The notes under the pieces: generated by a model | Databases searched by the model: none | Told to the model about the DNA's origin: nothing | What the model saw: the letters and a program-made list of their open reading frames with translations, nothing else | DNA from: Lingula anatina | Lineage: Eukaryota; Animalia; Brachiopoda | Direction of reading: 5' to 3' | Assembly (NCBI GenBank): GCA_051362555.1 | Contig: CM120647.1 | Location: 18,700,651 to 18,764,650 of the forward strand | Length of the DNA: 64,000 nucleotides | Shown: positions 1-17,623 of the stretch, piece after piece | Position numbering within the stretch: the stretch's first letter is position 1 | How the letters are laid out: each line of letters opens with the position of its first letter | Position numbers and translations under genes: made by a program

Positions 1-1740
1 TACTCTCTACAAGAGACAAAAATGGATTTTCTCCAGATATTCTTTACTGAACTGCACAGCGAAAATTTTTGGTGGCTTTCATCAAGTTAAATCCCGCCGT
101 CCATATCCTGCACTGGCGTCGACCTCATGATGATAATAATAATATAATGATGATGAAGGAGGCGATGACAATGACTATGGTGATGTCTGCTCACCTGCCG
201 AACCCAAATTATATTAAATTCAACACTGTTTCCTCTTCAGCCTTTAATTATCTTATCTATTTAGCTTAAGGCCTGCGCTTGCTCTGTAATTAAGACTATG
301 CACTTTTAAGTTCGTGAGCTTAATTTGTATGATATAACACGTTATCATTTTCTGTATATTGTTCTTTACTTAAGGCTTACTTAATTAAGCCACAGTTAGC
401 CTACATCGGGCATACTGTCCATTGTCCACTCTCACAAATATGTATAGGCCTAAGAAAAACACCATAAACGGCTGTTAATATTGAAAGTCCAAGTTTTCTA
501 TCAAATATTGTCAAAGGTTTAACTCTGAAGGGGGTGAAAAACTTGAAAATTAATTTCTTCCAAGAGAATTAAAAAAATGTATAAAGAAAAAAAAATAATA
601 CTCGGTTTCCATATTGAGTCAACCCGCCACGCAGGCCTCACTTTGGGGGGGGGGGGGGGGGGGGGGGAGGGGGGGGGGCATTCATTTTAAGCATCATTTC
701 CACAAGTCTACAAACCGTACCTTCCACATACGCTTTTGAAATATAATAAATATGATGAGTCAATTTACGGTCAAAACCGCTCAATTTAAGCTATTTTGAC
801 GCTTTTTACCTCGTATTCTTTGAAGGGAGATGGTCTGGAAATGTCTACTGTTTGTAGACTTATGCAAATGATAAGAACGGACCACTACTTGAGTAAACTT
901 GTAGCAGAAACACTCAGTAGACCCTAATGTCCCGACCACTATTAGAAATAGGCACTGTGTTGGCGCTGTATCATTCTACAGACCCTACTTTTTGTCGTAG
1001 TTTTAGTGCTTCCATGTCTCAGCGTGCGATAGTTGCACTTATCTTGTATTGCGACAGTTGGGCAAACTTCTCCCTTAGTAGCTCAACCAAGCAATCCAGA
1101 CAGCCAGATGTGACGTTGCTGAAATATTTGGTAATAAGACCGTCGTAAATATAGGCCTACTGATCGAGCCTGTTCGCCAAGTGATCAATAATTCCAGTTC
1201 TTTGAACGTAAACAATATTTGTTCTTTTTTTTTTTTTGCTTTACACGTTATAAAGATATAAGCTTGGGCAAAATGTTCATTGTTTAAAGAAGAACGACGC
1301 CAACAGCGCCTCAATCATGAAGGAAATGCCTTGGTGAAAAAGTCTTCGTTTATACGACCCGGGGTTCTACCTTGTTACAACTAATTGTTTATGAATTGAT
1401 ATTTATTACCATATTTTCCTTTATTGCAATTTAAACACAAGTATAATGGCCTGGGTCCGATAACAATCTGAGAACGTTACACCGGATATTCTCTTGAACT
1501 CCGTGGAAACCGTCGGTGTTTCCCCGAACAATTGATGGTAGTGTACAAATATGATTCCGCGAGTAAATCGCCCAAGAAAATTTGAACGGTATGCACTTAT
1601 TATTTTTGTTAAAAATTTTCAAACTTCTACTGTTGTATTTAAACGAAAATACTTACTGTTTTCCAAACAATGTCAAACTGAAGAATCTACAACACATTGT
1701 TTTTACGGCACTATTTGACCGTTGGTCAGGCGCATGAATT

Positions 1741-1790
1741 TGCTGACGTTTCAATATAAAATTCGAGCACTACTTCCGTTCTCCCCTCAC
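1741..1790 (+). promoter_or_regulatory. Putative PABPC core promoter: TGACG half-CRE, TATA-like AATATAAAA, then a pyrimidine-rich (TCT/5'TOP-like) start region
   Basis: TGACGT at ~1745, AATATAAAA at ~1753-1761 and CTTCCGTTCTCCCCTC at ~1773-1788, about 200 nt upstream of the PABPC ATG. The TSS is inferred. Confidence 0.55.
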
Positions 1791-1844
1791 ATTTCATATT
1801 TCATTGAAATAGGTGTGTTGTGTGATAAGTTCTTTCACACAACC

Positions 1845-1945
1845 ACACAAAAATATTGTTATTATTTACTAAAAACTTTAAAAAATACACAAAAAAATTA
1901 CAAAATCGAAAAAAACTTTAGAAAAAGGAGAAAAGCAGAGAAACG
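1845..1945 (+). promoter_or_regulatory. A-rich 5' UTR tract, candidate PABP autoregulatory sequence (ARS)
   Basis: Oligo(A) runs of 4-7 nt separated by short linkers directly upstream of the ATG. An A-rich ARS is established for PABPC1 mRNAs. Confidence 0.6.
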
Positions 1946-1979
1946 GAGTTTTATTCGACGACGCAAGGAGTAAACTTAG

Positions 1980-7250
<5,271 letters not shown>

Positions 7251-8685
7251 TGCTAAAACTCCCCAAAAGATGGCACCACTCGCTCCTCCCCAAGCAAGAT
7301 GAGCAGATCAGAATCCAGATAGTGTGAAGGCACTGTATGCTGTTGGCTTGTGAAGACCTGTGGAGAGCACTGGGAGTGGGCACAGTCCATCTGGGATGAA
7401 AAAATATCCGAAAAAATGACATAAAAATCAGAAAAACTGAGAACTACTGTATTATAAAAACTTTTGAAACTTAATGTTAATTATTATTATGAATTCATAA
7501 TTATATTTATTATTTTTTTTGCAACTTTTCCTTTTTAAGTACAACAAGCTGAGACGTCATGAAAAGAACAACAGAAGAACACATGATACCAAAAACTACA
7601 ATAAAAACAGTAAAACTATTACTGTCATAGTAGAATAGGAAACTTAAAAGAAAAAATGTCAAGAAGCAGCTACAAATATTGAAAAATAAACAAAAAAAAT
7701 AGCAAAAATGTTTTAAAAAAAGAAAAAATCAGTTTTTCTTGTATCATTTTAAAGTTAAACAGTAGTGACCATTAAGTTATATAACCTCAACTGCTGTCAC
7801 GTGTTGGTCTGACAGAATAGAAAAGAAAAGACTACAATAACAATAAAAAATAAAAATTGCAGAAAAATAACAAAATATGGTGGAAGTGGTAAGATTCAGG
7901 GCAAATTTCTTTTTTTATTGGAGGCAGACTTGCCCTTGTTAGACTGTTACTCAAATTGAGCTAAATCTTAACTTTTGAAAAATATGAGAAAAGAAAAGAA
8001 CACAACTTTATTTGGATTGCAAAAGTTTCAATATGCATTTTCTACAACTCCTGTATATAATGCACGTTGTATTGAAGGTTTCGGACACATTTACCCCAAG
8101 TTTCACAGGTTCATGGAAACCCAATTCCCTCCTTTCACCATGCTTGTGTTACTAAAAGAAGGCAGAGGTATATTGGTGGCAGGTGAGGGGTTTTTCTGAC
8201 ACCTGTGAGACTTTGGGTACGAGTATGCTCTGTATATAAAGTTGAGTTTTCAATTTCCTGATTTGTGTTCTTGTTGACTGCAGCCTGTTACTCTTGTTTT
8301 GGTTGGAAGAAAAAAACTTATTGCTCTTGTTGAATAAAAATCTCCGCTCTGAACTAGTTTTTGAGTTTTCTCTGATTGTGATTTTTAGAAGGAAAATTGA
8401 CACTGGGGGGTTACTTTATTGACTTAGTTCATAGGTATAATGCTCATGGAGTTTCTATATTTGGGCACTTAATTTACCATAATTATATTGGTGTGTGTGC
8501 TACAGGTGACCTTTATTTGTCAAGTTGTACTTGGTTGTTCAGCTAACTAATGGGTGGCTTTGTTTGGTGAAAAGGCATGCTTTCAAAAATCTGCACGATG
8601 GATTACTTTGACAGATGCCTGGACAAATTTGTTTGTTTTAAGGGATGTATAAAAGAATTTCTACAGAACAAGTCAATTAATTTTC

Positions 8686-8717
<32 letters not shown>

Positions 8718-10044
8718 TGAAGATTGATTTTATGTAGCAGGGTGTTAGATATATTCTTTCTCGTTAAGACATTTTAAATGCTCAAATTACATGATTAAAA
8801 AAATGGACATTACAAAACTTTTAAACCACCTAATGATGGTCTTCCCAGTTCCACATGCACCATTGCTGCAGGGGCCTAGCAATTAAACTTCGGAGCCAAG
8901 ATTTAATGGTGCGTGTGGAGGGGGGGGGGGGGGGGGGGATCATCGGGAATCAGCAGCATTGCTTTTCAAGTGGATCAGTTAGTACTCAGATCATCTATTC
9001 TGAATGGTACCTGTGACTTTTTTAGAGTCCTGCAGGATTCCTACAGAGCCCCAGAGAGTCCAAAAGGAAGGGCTATGGGAAATTTTCATGGTAGAAAATA
9101 TAAAATAAAATAATATATTCTTTTATCGGACACCCTTGGCTGCATTTTATCTGATGCTTTTATTGCACAAATATATTTTACAACACAATTTATGAAACCA
9201 TTCTTTCACCTCACAGCTATGTATTGAGGCATAAAGAGTTACTGCATCTAAAATTCCCCACAGTCTGGAAATTCTCCAAATTATCTTGAAATCACTCATT
9301 ATGATAACTGTTAAGTAGTCTGTATATTGGTATTTAATGTCATGTGGACTGCCTTGAGCATTTTTTTCAGTCATGTGGCTAATCTTAGTAACTAAAATCA
9401 CTTTTTAAGTCAAATAAAAAGTGCCCTTGTAGAAATTAAAATTACGAGAACAATAAAACAATTAATTATGATATAAAAATACAACATATTTTCCACCTTT
9501 CATTAGTAAATAACTCCAAAGCTTTGTGAGGATTTATGTGGTACTTGGCTTTGACCTTTATCACAACACTATCTGTTTCACATCATTTTTACTGACCTGA
9601 ACATAAAATTATGCAACAGGGTAATCTTCAGTTTCACAAGTTTACTTCCAAATGTTTGTACCAATCAAAATTAATTTGGTAATTGGCCATGCAGAGCACA
9701 GGGCCCTGTTTTGAAGACTCTTTCATGTAATGTTATTAAGTTGTCAATTTCTCAAAATGGTGCAATACAGGAGACTGCCTCGATGCCATTTTTGTCCTGG
9801 GTTTACAGAACGTTCACTTACGCTGAGTTTCTGTGGCTTCTGGGCACTTGCATCTTTATCAGTATCAATGCATTTTGGGTTAAAATAAAGTGTCCTGGGT
9901 AATGCTGATTTAGGGTCAAAACTATGGAACTCAGGGCAACTAAGATTATATGCTGGCTACAGGGAGCTAGTTGTTAGCACCTTGAAACTCAAGTTGACAA
10001 AGGGAATGCTGTGTGAAGTGAAGTTGTTGTCAGTGCCTTTGAAA

Positions 10045-11988
10045 TCAGGGTGCAGCAGTCTGTATGACTACCTTGTCTTTCAAAAGTTTCCTATACAGTG
10101 ATATATATTTGGCTGCAGCAGTTGTTTTGGGTACAATCATCTTAGCACAGAATTCCGTCCTGTTGCTGGCACAAGGAAGACATTTGTCCAGTCCCATGTA
10201 CTGCAGAAAGCCGAGAACAAAGTCATAGCAGTTGTGGTGGGTGTCATTATACCTGAAACATATGAAAACACCCTGAATTTCAGAGGCTACTTGAAACTTG
10301 ACCCAATCTATTGAAGAATTAAAAAGACTGGAATGAGTGATTTGTTCAGAAATATACATTCCTATACACAATTTTAATAATTTCACAAGAAAGATAATTG
10401 TGACTCCTTCTCTTCCGCTCCCTCCTCACTGTATCTCTTTTTCCCTCCCTTCCTCTCCCTTTATTGCACTCTCTCTCTCTCTACTTTTCTCTCTCTCTCT
10501 CACACAAGTACCTTTCTGCTGTCCACTGTTGCTGCATAGCCCACTGTTCCAGTCTGATATTCCATGTGTGACTCCACATAGTGTCATTGGCCTGGATGAC
10601 CGGTATGGTCAGTGTTTCTGTGGATGTCCAGGTGGGAGAGTGGACATGAAGTCCCCCTTCATCATAGTCATACACTGAACCTGGATATGAGAAAATTATA
10701 AAAACGTTGGTAAAGCAGAATTTCTCACAGGTTGAGAAACCTTGCATCATTGGATGAATTAATCAAAAGTTATTTCATATTGTACAGTAATACATGGGTG
10801 AAAGTTGTAAAAAGTGAAAATCCCTAAACATAGCAAGCAATTTCTCATCACAATTAGACCACATCAAAAAACTATCAAAATGAAGACTGAAATCTGGCAT
10901 AATCCTAAAAACTTTCACCCAAGGCAATATAATTAAACTTGGAAAAAAAAAAAGAAAAACACTTTTACTTGTAAAAGAGCCAGGAAAAATGTTAATATAC
11001 TCCAGTATTTTGTTTCAGCTTCTAAAAAATACATTGCTTTAGACGGTGTCAGTATCTCCCGTTAGACTCCACTTTACATTTTAATGTTAAAAACAAGAAC
11101 ATTTCAAAAAACAAGACAATAGTCATTTGTATTTTACCTTTTGTATTTGTAATGCCTACATGCAGGTTAGAGGAGTTGGTGTAGTCCCTGAAATAAGCAA
11201 TAATTTAAATCAATATCATCACCACACCAATCTTTTAGTACATATTTCATGGAACTTTGTGGTAATTTGTGTGTGCTCGGACTTTTTTGCTCTGGTTATA
11301 TGTAAACAAATATGCAAGCAACCAAGGTGGTTTAACATTTGATCGGCATCCAGAACTTACAACAATTTTACAAAGTTTCAATATATAAACATGTAGTACT
11401 AGTAAACAATAACACAGACAAATACATTTACATTGACACTCAATTTTTACACTATGGTAATGAAATTTCATTTTTACATATTCTAAAGCTTATTAATCAT
11501 TGTGAAACTGAAAAATAATTATATTTAGATTTATGAATCTTTACCTTAATAAGAAAACTTATTGAAAAGTTCACGTGAAATGAGAGGGGGTGGCCCTAAA
11601 TTGAGCAATACACCAAAATACACTGGAAATTTAGGGACACCCAGTGAGAGGGGCATCACCACTTCCAAAATTTTAGGTACTGTATGTGCATGACAGTACG
11701 TACCCCTGGGCCCTGACCTGTACTAGACTAGTAGCTACAGTAGTACATGTATACCATAGTATAAACCGCTTACCTGAGAAACGAACCGTGTGTAGGCCTA
11801 ATGACAACGCTGCAAGGTGATTTTATTGCACACTGAAACGGGTACGTCAGTCGAAACGGAGGGATGAGCATCTGAGTTGTCTGCAAGTCCCTACTGCACA
11901 GCGGGCAGTGATTGGGGAGCGACAGACACAAAATATTCTTGTCTCTGCTACAGTGCTGGAAACAAAATATTGGGTGGTCTTCTTCCAT
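10045..11988 (-). CDS. MKRN2OS: MKRN2 opposite strand protein-like (DUF4796), 213 aa. Exons 11988-11774, 11187-11138, 10680-10512, 10252-10045
   Basis: Motifs CFQHC...CPLC, VVIRPTHGSFL, LHVGITNTKGSVYDYDEGG (partly from a 50-nt exon absent from the ORF track) and RYNDTHHNCYDFVLGFL. Introns are GT-AG and the exons sum to 642 nt in frame. Confidence 0.88.
10792..10922. mobile_element. Short TIR element (CATGGGTGAAAGTT family), copy 1
   Basis: TGGGTGAAAGTT ... AACTTTCACCCA inverted ends. The internal sequence matches the reverse complement of 16167-16272. Confidence 0.55.
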
Positions 11989-11999
11989 TCCGCGACCGG

Positions 12000-12522
12000 T
12001 GTTGCGCAGCCTCTAAGATGAAATGATACAGGTCGCTATAAACTTTGGAATTAATTCACATTTTCAGAGACCAACAGGATAAATATTGATCGATGTTTAC
12101 ATTTCGCTTCTCACGTTGTTTACGCGGAAGTAGATTCGGGTTGTCGATGGGTACATTTAATGTCGTAATCTGAACAAGAACACACCCTTTATGTCATAAT
12201 CTTCCGAGTTTATATTTTTAATTATGTTAAGTATAAAATGATTTGTAAGTAGTCTTTTATTGCATTAATTTTCGTGTGAATATCTAATGCTACCATTTTC
12301 CTTCAGTCATCGTTCATTTTTAGTACCGATCAATTGTCGTAATAGCTGTGCGCATTGCCCTCCAAAAGCAACGACCATATGCGCAGCTTCTCTTTTAAAC
12401 CTCAATGAAAGTTTTCATTGACAGGAAAAAATATCTCAACTGTGGAAACCATGACAATATATTCATTTCAGAAGAGAAAAGCAATAACTATGAATGCTCG
12501 TCCATATGTGGTCGAAATAAAG
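12000..12522. promoter_or_regulatory. Putative shared head-to-head promoter region of MKRN2OS-like and EYS, with a probable non-coding first exon of EYS ending at 12522
   Basis: The start codons diverge 1.1 kb apart. The region is CpG-richer and has an ETS-like GCGGAAGT at ~12123. A strong donor AAGG|GTAAGT at 12523 pairs with an acceptor TTTCAG ending at 12865. Confidence 0.4.
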
Positions 12523-13105
12523 GGTAAGTAGACGATGTGATTATTATTATGGCAGCTTCTTTGTCAAATGGTGAGTCGAGCAGTGCAGTACTGTACACTG
12601 TTTGGCAAAACTCTTCAAAAAGCAAAAAGAAAGAAGTTGAACAAATTTTAATATCAGTTTTACCTTTCTGAAGTTATGAAAGTTCGTTAAACTTTTATCA
12701 TTAATAACGCTATTTATAACGTTAGAGCTATTTATATCGTCTGTAGCAACTGAATAGCTCCCATCATACAATGTTTACATTTTTTACTACTCATTGATCA
12801 GTACAAATGATTAGTCAGCCAACAAAAATATATTTTCCTTTTTTAAAATATTTTGATTATTTCAGGATCAGCCTTTGTTATCAGAATGAGAAGTATGACG
12901 TAGAAGTTCCAAAAGGAGGAGGATAACAGTGATTGACAAACTAATTTTTTGTTTCTATTACACATTCCATTGAACAAAAGATCTGACCAGTATGCACATT
13001 TTGTTTACATCAAATATGATTTGATGGATAAGGAGCTGATATATTTTTAGAAAAGAAAGGATTTTTTAAACAAAGTTTTATTTATATAATTAGCATTATA
13101 TTAAT

Positions 13106-13972
13106 ATGAACATAATCACAATGTCATTGATCTCACACAAACTCGTAATACCAGGTTTCGGGACCAATTCACTAACTTGCAGAAACCACAAAACTATTTT
13201 AACAAAACTTCTTTTTATATTATACATCCTGACAAATTTTGTCATACCATGTACATATACTCAAGTTAGCTGTGTGAGTAATCCATCGGGGAGTGGATTG
13301 ACGGAGTGGAGGGATTCGCCAAAGAATTTCAGTGTGGTATGGGCTGTTACGGATGTTTGCCAGACTCTGATGGCATGCTATGGTCTCCCAGGAGAGGAAG
13401 GGTACCTCACACAGTTATGTCCATTAGAAATACAGGAAGGGGACTCGGTATTCCTCCTCCCAGACCCCTCCCCGATATTCCAGATGAAGATCGGTCAAGT
13501 GACAGAGAGTGAGTTTATTAATTGTCCCACAGGGGGTCACCCCATGGAGAGAATGGTCATGGCAACGGTCACTAGAGAGGTGACTAAAATACCACAGAGA
13601 TTTCTCTCACCTGGTATTAATTTATTTGCGCAGGTGCCCAATGGGTTTATAGCATTCTATGGCTGTGTGTTCGGACTACGAGTCAATGTGACCGTTAAAA
13701 GTAACGTTTGTGTTTCACCATCGGGTCAAACTTGCACTGGTAATGGACGTTGTGTGACTCGCAGGCTCGAACAAGACTACACATGTCTTTGTGAGACTGG
13801 ATATAGAGGGCAGCACTGTGATGAGTATAATGCATGCGCGAGTGCGCCGTGCTCTAGAGGTGGCACATGTATTGATGTAGGGCAAGGTTTAGAGGGGAGT
13901 GACTTTGTCTGCCAGTGTCTACCACAGTATACAGGTAATATATCTTTATTGGAAAATATTGACATTTGCTAT

Positions 13973-14003
<31 letters not shown>

Positions 14004-14728
14004 TAAAGATTCATTGATATGTGCATTATCTGTTTATAAATTTATTTGTTTTCAATTCTCATTTTGGCAAAATTAAATTATCCCTTTTTTCTTTTTCTTC
14101 CCACCAATTGGGCAATATTTTTTAAATTTTATTATTGAAAAAAAAATTCACATCCACCAAGGATGCAATGTGTTTGCCCATGCTGGTTTTTTAGTTGAAA
14201 GCCAACTCAAAAAATTTTAAATAATAATTAATAATAGTGAGGATTGATCTACCTTAATTTTCTAGTTGGATACATAATGCTTTGGGTAAATATATAATGT
14301 TATCACTATGCCAACAAGCTAATCCAGCTATTAATTCATGTTCTACAGATACCCTATTCACACTACTCTCATTTATCGGGATAAGTTGCGAATTAGGTCA
14401 CAATTTTAGAATTTATCTCTTTTGCATTCTATATTTGATAATGTTATCTGTACATGCTAGAGGGGGGTTACATCTTTTGAGTAAACAAGGCTTATACAGG
14501 GGCACACGCTGAGATAAATGCTATCTTTAAGATTATTGCAATGTCAAATCATGAAATGCTTATTTAAGATGGAACTAGTATGTTTTACTAGTCTAAGAAT
14601 TTTAGAATGTGCAGTTGTTTATTTTAGAAGATAATTTTCAAATGTTAAATTTTAATCTTTGTATTGCACACACTGTCACTGTGCTGAGATGATTGTGGAG
14701 CGTGGTTTCAAAGAACTTTCTTTCTTTC

Positions 14729-14776
<48 letters not shown>

Positions 14777-17533
14777 TTTATTATTATTATTCCCCCAGGG
14801 TCCATGTGTGAAAACGTGCTAGGGGCATGTACCTCAGGTATATGTAACAATGGCACATGTGTCACCGTGTCACCAGGTGTCTATCGCTGTCAGTGTCACC
14901 CTGGATATACAGGTAAGAACTGGCTCCTTAGACACCTTGATTGGTTATTAATGAATCTATAAAACACAAAATGGCTTAAGTTGATAAAACCATCTTAGTC
15001 TGCCATAATCTTGAAAACCCCAGTCACATCGAGTACTGGTACTTAATTTAAAGCAATAAAAAATTGCTATTATATGTTTCATTTCTCTATGAAAGAAGAC
15101 AGTTAATTATTACCTTACTGAATCTATCACACATAATACAGAGCTAATGGTTTGTAATCTGATATATTTCTCTATTAATTTTATTTCTTTCTAAATGTTA
15201 TGATATGATAAAGGTAGGTAGATTTCTTATATTCATTAATCTCTATAAAATTATAAGTTATTTATGCTATCATGTGATTTAATAGACAGCTTGTTATTCT
15301 TTTATTGTATTATATAATCTGATTCATTTTCATTATTCATTTTTGAAAATTTTTTTATGATATCATATAACCTTATAGACATCTTCTCATTCTTTTATTT
15401 ATCTTTATTTATTTTATTTACGTTACCTACAGGCTCCAATTGCGACTCTCTGCACAGCAATTGCAGCAGCTCTCCATGCCAGCATGGCGCAACATGTCAT
15501 GATTTTTTCCTCGGCTATTCCTGCTCCTGTGTTCCGGGATTTACAGGTGTCTTCATGCTGTCTTTATGTTGTATGTGCTGAGGGTGCGATCACAAGGACA
15601 CGCCTCCTCTTGTTTCCAAAGTACTCGATGGCATATAATCACCAGCTTTTCTGTATTCTTCTCAACACCAAGTGGAGGCGTGTTACTAGTAATTTGTTAA
15701 TTTTATTGCATTCAAGGAAAATACCTGCAGGGTTGGTGAACGCACCCTTAGTTGTTCATTAGTCTGATTTTTGCTCTAAAACTTTGTCATTACCACAAAT
15801 CCACACTTGTTTTAGCTAAGTTTTGTTTCTGTACTCCACTGGGATTTTTCTTTTATTTATTTGTATAATGTTTCAAATGCATGCTTTCGCTCGTCACTTT
15901 TTTTTTCAATCCTTCATTAATCAACATTTGCAACCATTTCTCTTCTCTCCAATTCTACAAAAAAATATTTCTTTTCCCTTTTATCTGTTATTATTTTCCC
16001 CACTCACATTCTGACGCATTGCTTAGTGCCATAATCACTTATTAACATAGAGCAATCCTTTTCACCAATTTCAATAGATATTTGTGTATGAAAATAATGC
16101 CCTTAACACTTACTTCCATTTAAACTTACCACAATGAATGTAATTTGATTGTACCATTGGTGAATACATGGATGAAAGTTTTCAGGATTATACCTGATTT
16201 CAGTCTTCATTTTCAATCATTTTTTTTTTCATATGGTTTAAATGTGGTGAGAAATGTCAACTTTAACCCATGTGAATATACTTGAAGTATTGTATGACTA
16301 TCTTACCATGTGTCTACCGTGTGTCGTGGTTGTATTATGTGATGTTAGTTACATACAGGCCTGTAGGCAAAAGGGGGTGGGGATGAATGAAGCCTCCCTT
16401 TTGGAAAAAAAATTATTGATATTTTGAGTGTTCATAATGAAACTAGTTAAAATGTCTGCTTTTATTGTGTACTGGAGTTGCCTGAAAAGACACTTATGCA
16501 GATTTTACTTTCATTGATTTCTAGATCTTCTTATGTAGAAAGTACAAATAAGGAGTTTATAAAGGCAACTGTATCACTTATCATGTGATAATTATACATG
16601 CAATAAGCAGCCCTTTACAGACATATTTTGACAAATTTTAGGTGTGGACTGTGAAACCGAAATCAATGAGTGTTTATCACAACCATGTGTAGATGGAGCC
16701 ACATGCCAAGACAGGATTAACGACTTTTCTTGCATTTGCCAAGAAGGACGTACAGGAAAGACTTGCAATGAGACGATAGATTACTGTGTGTCCGAGCCAT
16801 GTGAGAACGGCGGCGCATGCACTTCCACGGAGCTGGGTTTCACATGTAACTGCACATTTCAGTATGAGGGTTCAAGGTGCCAGAATGTGATTACCACTTG
16901 CTCTGATGATTTATGTTTAAATGGAGGTAATAGGTGATTTATTTTAAGATAAATGTGTTTGACAACTTTTTATAGGTGTAGCCTAGTTCTTATCTGATAG
17001 TTATGAAAACCTATTTAAATAATCAGCTTTAAAGTACCAAAGTCTGTAGAAAAAAAATGTTATAGTTTGGAAAACCTGTTGAATTTTTTTTTTTTTGTAG
17101 TTTTGAAGTTAAAATTTTTTAACATAATAAATTCCGAAATAATAGTAATAATAATGATAATAATAATGATAATAATAATAACTAATGGATCAGATGATTT
17201 CTAGTGGGTCAGTCCATAAAATCAGTTTCTTTTATGTCCAGCCAACTGTGTGGTCACTCCTGAGGGTCTAGTGAACTGTCAGTGCCCACCAGGGTGGACG
17301 GGGGACATCTGTACCGACATCGACAACCTGTGTCTCTACAGCCCCTGTGGTAATGGCTCCACCTGCAATGATATCAGCCCGCCACAGGGACCGGGAGAAT
17401 ATAACTGTAGTTGTGTGTTTGGGTTTACTGGTAAGGCTTCATGTGTACCTAATCCCTGTGTGGTATTTAAAATGATGTTAGGCACCAAGAAAAATAGTTT
17501 TGTAATAGCCAAAACTGAAATAAAAACTTTTAC

Positions 17534-17564
<31 letters not shown>

Positions 17565-17579
17565 TTAACCTATCTGCCT

Positions 17580-17623
<44 letters not shown>

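Noticed and set aside
644-678. Poly(G) runs (also ~2532, ~4381, ~8920, ~22450) as functional G-quadruplexes
   Set aside because: They recur as homopolymer cores of short repeats, their lengths are error-prone, and nothing supports a function.
69-1622. A divergent gene upstream of PABPC
   Set aside because: The region is CpG-richer with isolated donor-like sites, but no coherent exon chain or recognisable protein.
1722-1973. 83-aa Lys-rich upstream ORF
   Set aside because: It has a non-ATG start upstream of the probable TSS and simply translates the A-rich UTR.
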